A stretch of 8,897 nt of DNA. Origin: Nitrososphaerota archaeon. Its GTDB lineage: Archaea > Thermoproteota > Nitrososphaeria > Nitrososphaerales > UBA57. Positions 6,127-8,897 of this stretch are shown here, in pieces. The translations under genes were made by a program, and so were the position numbers. The notes under the pieces are model-generated. The model had not been told where the DNA came from and made no database searches. It saw only the letters and a list, made by a program, of their open reading frames with translations. The stretch spans positions 1 through 8,897 of the forward strand of contig JABUBF010000009.1 of NCBI GenBank assembly GCA_013306035.1, given 5' to 3'. Within the stretch, counting starts at the first letter, position 1. Each line of letters starts with the position of its first letter.

Positions 6127-6149
6127 GTAAGCTTTTGTTAATCAACAAT

Positions 6150-6275
6150 AGCCCCGAAAGCCCTGTCGATGGATTAGATCCAGCAGAATCTAGTTGGTCA
6201 AATTAATGACTAAGGACACGAGGTTCTGGAAATAGGAAATTCCTCGAAACTCCAGTTCGAATCTGGGCGGGGCTA
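6150..6275 (+). tRNA. tRNA-Gln (anticodon CUG), 126 nt, multi-intron; 5' third not fully resolved
   Basis: Acceptor AGCCCCG (6150-6156) / CGGGGCT (6268-6274) has A1:U72, typical of archaeal tRNA-Gln, with discriminator A at 6275. T-arm is TCCAG-TTCGAAT-CTGGG (6251-6267). Anticodon stem CGAGG (6219-6223) / CCTCG (6242-6246) encloses TT-CTG-G plus a ~11-nt insert. The anticodon is at 6226-6228. A D-loop-like AGTTGGTCAA lies at 6192-6201. Confidence 0.65.
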
Positions 6276-6285
6276 TAAATTCCTA

Positions 6286-7230
6286 CTATTCATCTACTAC
6301 TATAATTGTTCCCATCATCCAAGGATGTGGTGGACAAGTGTATTCAAATACACCAACTTCATCAAATGTGTAACTCCAGGACTTGCCTTTTATTAGGCTG
6401 CCAGAATCAAATAATCCATTCAATTCATAGACTTGATGGAAGTTTACATCTCCGCCAGCTCCTAGATTGTCTTCAGTAGTTTTCCAAGTAATTGTAACAC
6501 CTTTTTGGATCTTTAATTCTTTGTATTGAAATAGACCATTAATTTCCATAAATACATCTTCGCGAATAACAATTAAATCGCATAATTCAACCATATCTAC
6601 TTCTACTTTAGCAAATCCAAATTCACAGTCAAGAGCAGGTTCTTCCACAACAAGGTCTGCAATAGTAAATGTTTGACTGACTTGTTCGCCAAGCAGTGAA
6701 TGTGATGAATCAACAGCGCCAACATATACGGTATGCTCGCCTGGTTGAATATCATCAAACTTATAATTATAAGAATTAGTTACCATTACTCCGCCAGCCA
6801 TACCAGATTCACTTAATTGAGTGTCTAGATTGATATGCCAATGATCAAATTCACCTTCAATGTCAACACTAACAATAATGCTATTTGTTTCAATATCTAA
6901 TAATAAAATCGATATAGAACTAGGATTTGATGCAGGAGGCGGATTTGCCATATCGGGTTTAGGCTCTACTACCGGTTCAACAACTGGTTCTGGAACTGGT
7001 TTTGGTTCAACTACCGGTTCAACAACTGGTTCTGGAATAGGTTCTGGAACTGGTTCAGGCTCTACTACCGGTTCAACAACTGGTTCTGGAACTGATTCTG
7101 GTTCAACTATAACAATATCGTTAGACATATCACTTTCAGTTTGTTCATTAGAACCAAGAAACAGATAGCCTCCAATCAAAAGAAGAGGAATTAATATAAG
7201 TATAGAATATTTGGGATTAATATTAGACAT
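6286..7230 (-). CDS. Membrane-anchored multidomain blue (type-1) copper protein: N-terminal TM anchor, P/E/V-rich linker, His-rich beta-sandwich domain, C-terminal cupredoxin
   Basis: N-terminal hydrophobic segment YSILILIPLLLIGGYLFLG, then linker PEPVVEPVVEPEPVPEPIPEPVVEPVVEPKPVPEPVVEPVVEPKP. The C-terminal ~100 aa carry type-1 Cu ligand spacing: His in DVNFHQV, then YTCPPHPWMMG (Cys 6334-6336, His 6325-6327, Met). Many such plastocyanin-like proteins are known in ammonia-oxidising archaea. Confidence 0.75.
   Translation of the reverse strand: MSNINPKYSILILIPLLLIGGYLFLGSNEQTESDMSNDIVIVEPESVPEPVVEPVVEPEPVPEPIPEPVVEPVVEPKPVPEPVVEPVVEPKPDMANPPPASNPSSISILLLDIETNSIIVSVDIEGEFDHWHINLDTQLSESGMAGGVMVTNSYNYKFDDIQPGEHTVYVGAVDSSHSLLGEQVSQTFTIADLVVEEPALDCEFGFAKVEVDMVELCDLIVIREDVFMEINGLFQYKELKIQKGVTITWKTTEDNLGAGGDVNFHQVYELNGLFDSGSLIKGKSWSYTFDEVGVFEYTCPPHPWMMGTIIVVDE
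6962..7094 (-). repeat. In-frame imperfect tandem repeats encoding the PVVEPVVEP(E/K)P linker
   Basis: The 37-nt string ggctctactaccggttcaacaactggttctggaactg is identical at 6962-6998 and 7058-7094, 96 nt (32 codons) apart. A close variant, ggttcaactaccggttcaacaactggttctggaatagg, lies between them at about 7004-7041. Confidence 0.85.
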
Positions 7231-7296
7231 TAAACTACAAGGAGAATTCGTCGTATTAATATTTATTTAAAAAGGAAATAATAGTGGTAAAAAACA

Positions 7297-8118
7297 TCAG
7301 GGATGAATTCTTGAATAATAAGGAGAATATGAAGAACCAACGTCAACTTGATTCAAATTATTATCAATAATTTTATCCATTGATTTGTTAATCTCAAATC
7401 CCAAATAATGTCTATATGATGATTTAGAAACTACTGCAGTAGTTCCGTTACCCATGAATGGATCGAAAATTAAATCTCCAGGTTTAGATGAATAATCAAT
7501 ACATTTCATTACTAGAGAATGAGGAAGTTTAGTGCCATTTTTTAACTCATTTGGAGAATATGTTCGATTAATTTCCCAAACATCAAGCGGATAATTATCA
7601 ATTTTATTAAAAAAATAGTCTTTGGATTTTGTAAGAAACAATAAATGATAATGACTGCTAACAAATTTTCGTTTGGTATACACACCAAATTGATATTTCC
7701 AGATTACATGGTTGATTAAATTAAAATTAGTGTAAGAAATAGCGTTTAGAATCGACGATAAATTAGACCATCCGCTGAATATCCAAACAGAACCTTTATC
7801 ATTTAACATTCTAAAAAGTTTACTGATCCATAATTTACAAAATTCATCATAATATTTGTCGACTTCGACATAACCAGATTGTACATTAGATGATTTGCGG
7901 TTATAGAGGGACTCTTTTCCTGTGAAAGAAATTCCAAATGGCGGATCCGCAATTATACAATTAACTGATTTATCAGGTACAAGATCAGAATATTTTATAA
8001 AATCAAGATAATGGACAGTATTCATAGGAAAAGAAAAATGCGAATTTTCGTATAAGCCAAATGCCTTCTTTTTAGACCAATCGTATGTAGGTCTATAATT
8101 ATTAATTTTTTTAGTCAT
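7297..8118 (-). CDS. Beta-class N4-cytosine/N6-adenine DNA methyltransferase (N6_N4_Mtase family), apparently orphan
   Basis: Catalytic motif IV, IIADPPFG (DPPF at 7936-7947), lies near the N-terminus. The AdoMet motif I, DLIFDPFMGNGTTAVV, lies near the C-terminus. This IV-then-I order defines the beta class. The ATG overlaps the thiL stop (ATGA at 8115-8118). Confidence 0.8.
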   Translation of the reverse strand: MTKKINNYRPTYDWSKKKAFGLYENSHFSFPMNTVHYLDFIKYSDLVPDKSVNCIIADPPFGISFTGKESLYNRKSSNVQSGYVEVDKYYDEFCKLWISKLFRMLNDKGSVWIFSGWSNLSSILNAISYTNFNLINHVIWKYQFGVYTKRKFVSSHYHLLFLTKSKDYFFNKIDNYPLDVWEINRTYSPNELKNGTKLPHSLVMKCIDYSSKPGDLIFDPFMGNGTTAVVSKSSYRHYLGFEINKSMDKIIDNNLNQVDVGSSYSPYYSRIHP

Positions 8119-8897
8119 TGAATAAAACTATCCCAACCACGTTTTTTGAGTAATTTATTTTTATAATAAACAGATGCACTGCCTTTTTGAACTGTTCCAA
8201 ACTTATTAAAATTAATATTATATTTATTGAGAATTTGCTCCAATTTATCTACATTAGATGGCTTGACAGTAAACACAATATTATATTCTTCGCCAGAATA
8301 CAAAAGTAAATCATTGATACATTTATCGTATTTTGAAGCGAATTTTTTAAGGCCATTAGAGAATGGAAGTTTATCGATATATATAGAAACAGATGAACTT
8401 TCTGCGAGTTTATACAATGACAAACAAAGACCATCGCTAGAATCAATACTAGAATTAATTAGTTGACGATTAACTAATTTTACAAATATGTCTAGATCAA
8501 CATTAGGATTAAGAACTGATTGAATTGCTTTTTTTTCAAAACTATTTGAAGGTTCAATTTTATTAATTAGAAGAAACAAACCAGAACCAGTTAAACCAAA
8601 AGTACCCAAACAATAAACAACATCATTATTACGAGCAGATTTTCGTTTAGGTATACGAACATCTGAGAATCCAATGATAGTACAATCAATAATTAATTCA
8701 GAACTAGAGTTTGTATCTCCGCCAATAAGTTGGATATTGTATTCTTTAAGACCTTTAGCAATACCTTTTACCAAATTTTTTATATCTTTTTCAGAATAGG
8801 ATCTAGGTATACCAACTGACAGAATACAATATTTGGGGATTATACCTTTTGATGCAAAATCACTGACAGACATAATAATTGATTTTCTAGAAGCTTG
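8115..8897 (-). CDS. thiL: Thiamine-monophosphate kinase (AIR-synthase-related fold); N-terminus lies beyond the window edge
   Basis: ThiL-like blocks are present: IQLIGGDTNSSSELIIDCTIIGF, SSIDSSDGLCLSL, LLYSGEEYNIVFTV. The frame upstream of the listed Met (8873) stays open to base 8897 (QASRKSII-M). The string SRKSIIMSVSDFASKGIIP resembles the internal G.KA..VN.SD.AAMG..P block of ThiL. The true start is therefore outside the window. Confidence 0.7.
   Translation of the reverse strand, partial: QASRKSIIMSVSDFASKGIIPKYCILSVGIPRSYSEKDIKNLVKGIAKGLKEYNIQLIGGDTNSSSELIIDCTIIGFSDVRIPKRKSARNNDVVYCLGTFGLTGSGLFLLINKIEPSNSFEKKAIQSVLNPNVDLDIFVKLVNRQLINSSIDSSDGLCLSLYKLAESSSVSIYIDKLPFSNGLKKFASKYDKCINDLLLYSGEEYNIVFTVKPSNVDKLEQILNKYNINFNKFGTVQKGSASVYYKNKLLKKRGWDSFIQ

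Noticed and set aside
5989-6285. tRNA genes as an integration site for a mobile element or genomic island
   Set aside because: I noticed no integrase, no duplicated tRNA 3' fragment (att-like direct repeat) and no compositional shift. The flanking genes are housekeeping (L40e, cupredoxin).
6860-7168. 102-aa + strand ORF rich in GSTTGSGTG repeats
   Set aside because: It is the antisense shadow of the P/E/V linker of the copper protein. The low-complexity repeat keeps the opposite frame open. The minus-strand ORF has a start, a TM anchor and a recognisable cupredoxin domain.
7142-7230. Tat signal peptide on the copper protein, given the nearby tatA
   Set aside because: The N-terminus MSNINPKYSILILIPLLLIGG has no twin-arginine motif. 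The proximity to tatA (about 4 kb away, separated by unrelated genes) is not meaningful.
8227-8466. 79-aa (+) and 65-aa (-) ORFs inside thiL
   Set aside because: They are alternative-frame or antisense ORFs fully nested in a gene with clear ThiL motifs. Their composition is typical of out-of-frame AT-rich sequence.
7297-8897. Restriction-modification system
   Set aside because: Only the methyltransferase is present. The neighbours are thiL and a cupredoxin, and no nuclease-like ORF exists on either strand.

Overview
Very AT-rich archaeal chromosomal segment. The gene content points to a marine ammonia-oxidising thaumarchaeon (Nitrosopumilales-like): a CdvA-type division protein, Alba, ribosomal protein L40e, multi-intron tRNAs, a membrane-anchored blue-copper protein and F420 biosynthesis. 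This assignment is inferred from gene content, not computed. I can support 13 protein-coding genes. Three are missing or misrepresented in the ORF track. A CdvA-like gene runs off the left edge (1..703, -). A 56-aa L40e gene lies at 5801..5971 (+). The thiL frame stays open to the right edge, so its listed Met is internal. There are also two divergently transcribed, intron-containing tRNA genes: Val-CAC (-) and an unusually long Gln-CUG (+). The remaining genes are heme O synthase (ctaB), tatA, cofE, a divergent class-2 dihydroorotate-dehydrogenase-like flavoprotein, two DsrE-fold proteins, a stand-alone Lrp/AsnC RAM-domain protein, a beta-class N4/N6 DNA methyltransferase and thiL. I see no CRISPR array, transposase, integrase, toxin-antitoxin pair or recognisable defence island, and I cannot honestly name a complete novel multi-gene system. 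The observations most worth a second look are: (1) the 126-nt tRNA-Gln gene with about 40 unexplained nt in its D-arm region; (2) the tight dsrE-like / DHODH-like / cofE transcription unit; (3) Alba with an ~85-aa acidic N-terminal extension built from perfect 24-nt repeats, one of three unrelated genes here carrying perfect in-frame tandem repeats; (4) a multidomain copper protein; (5) an orphan methyltransferase translationally coupled to thiL. All product calls come from reading motifs by eye. No database search was run.
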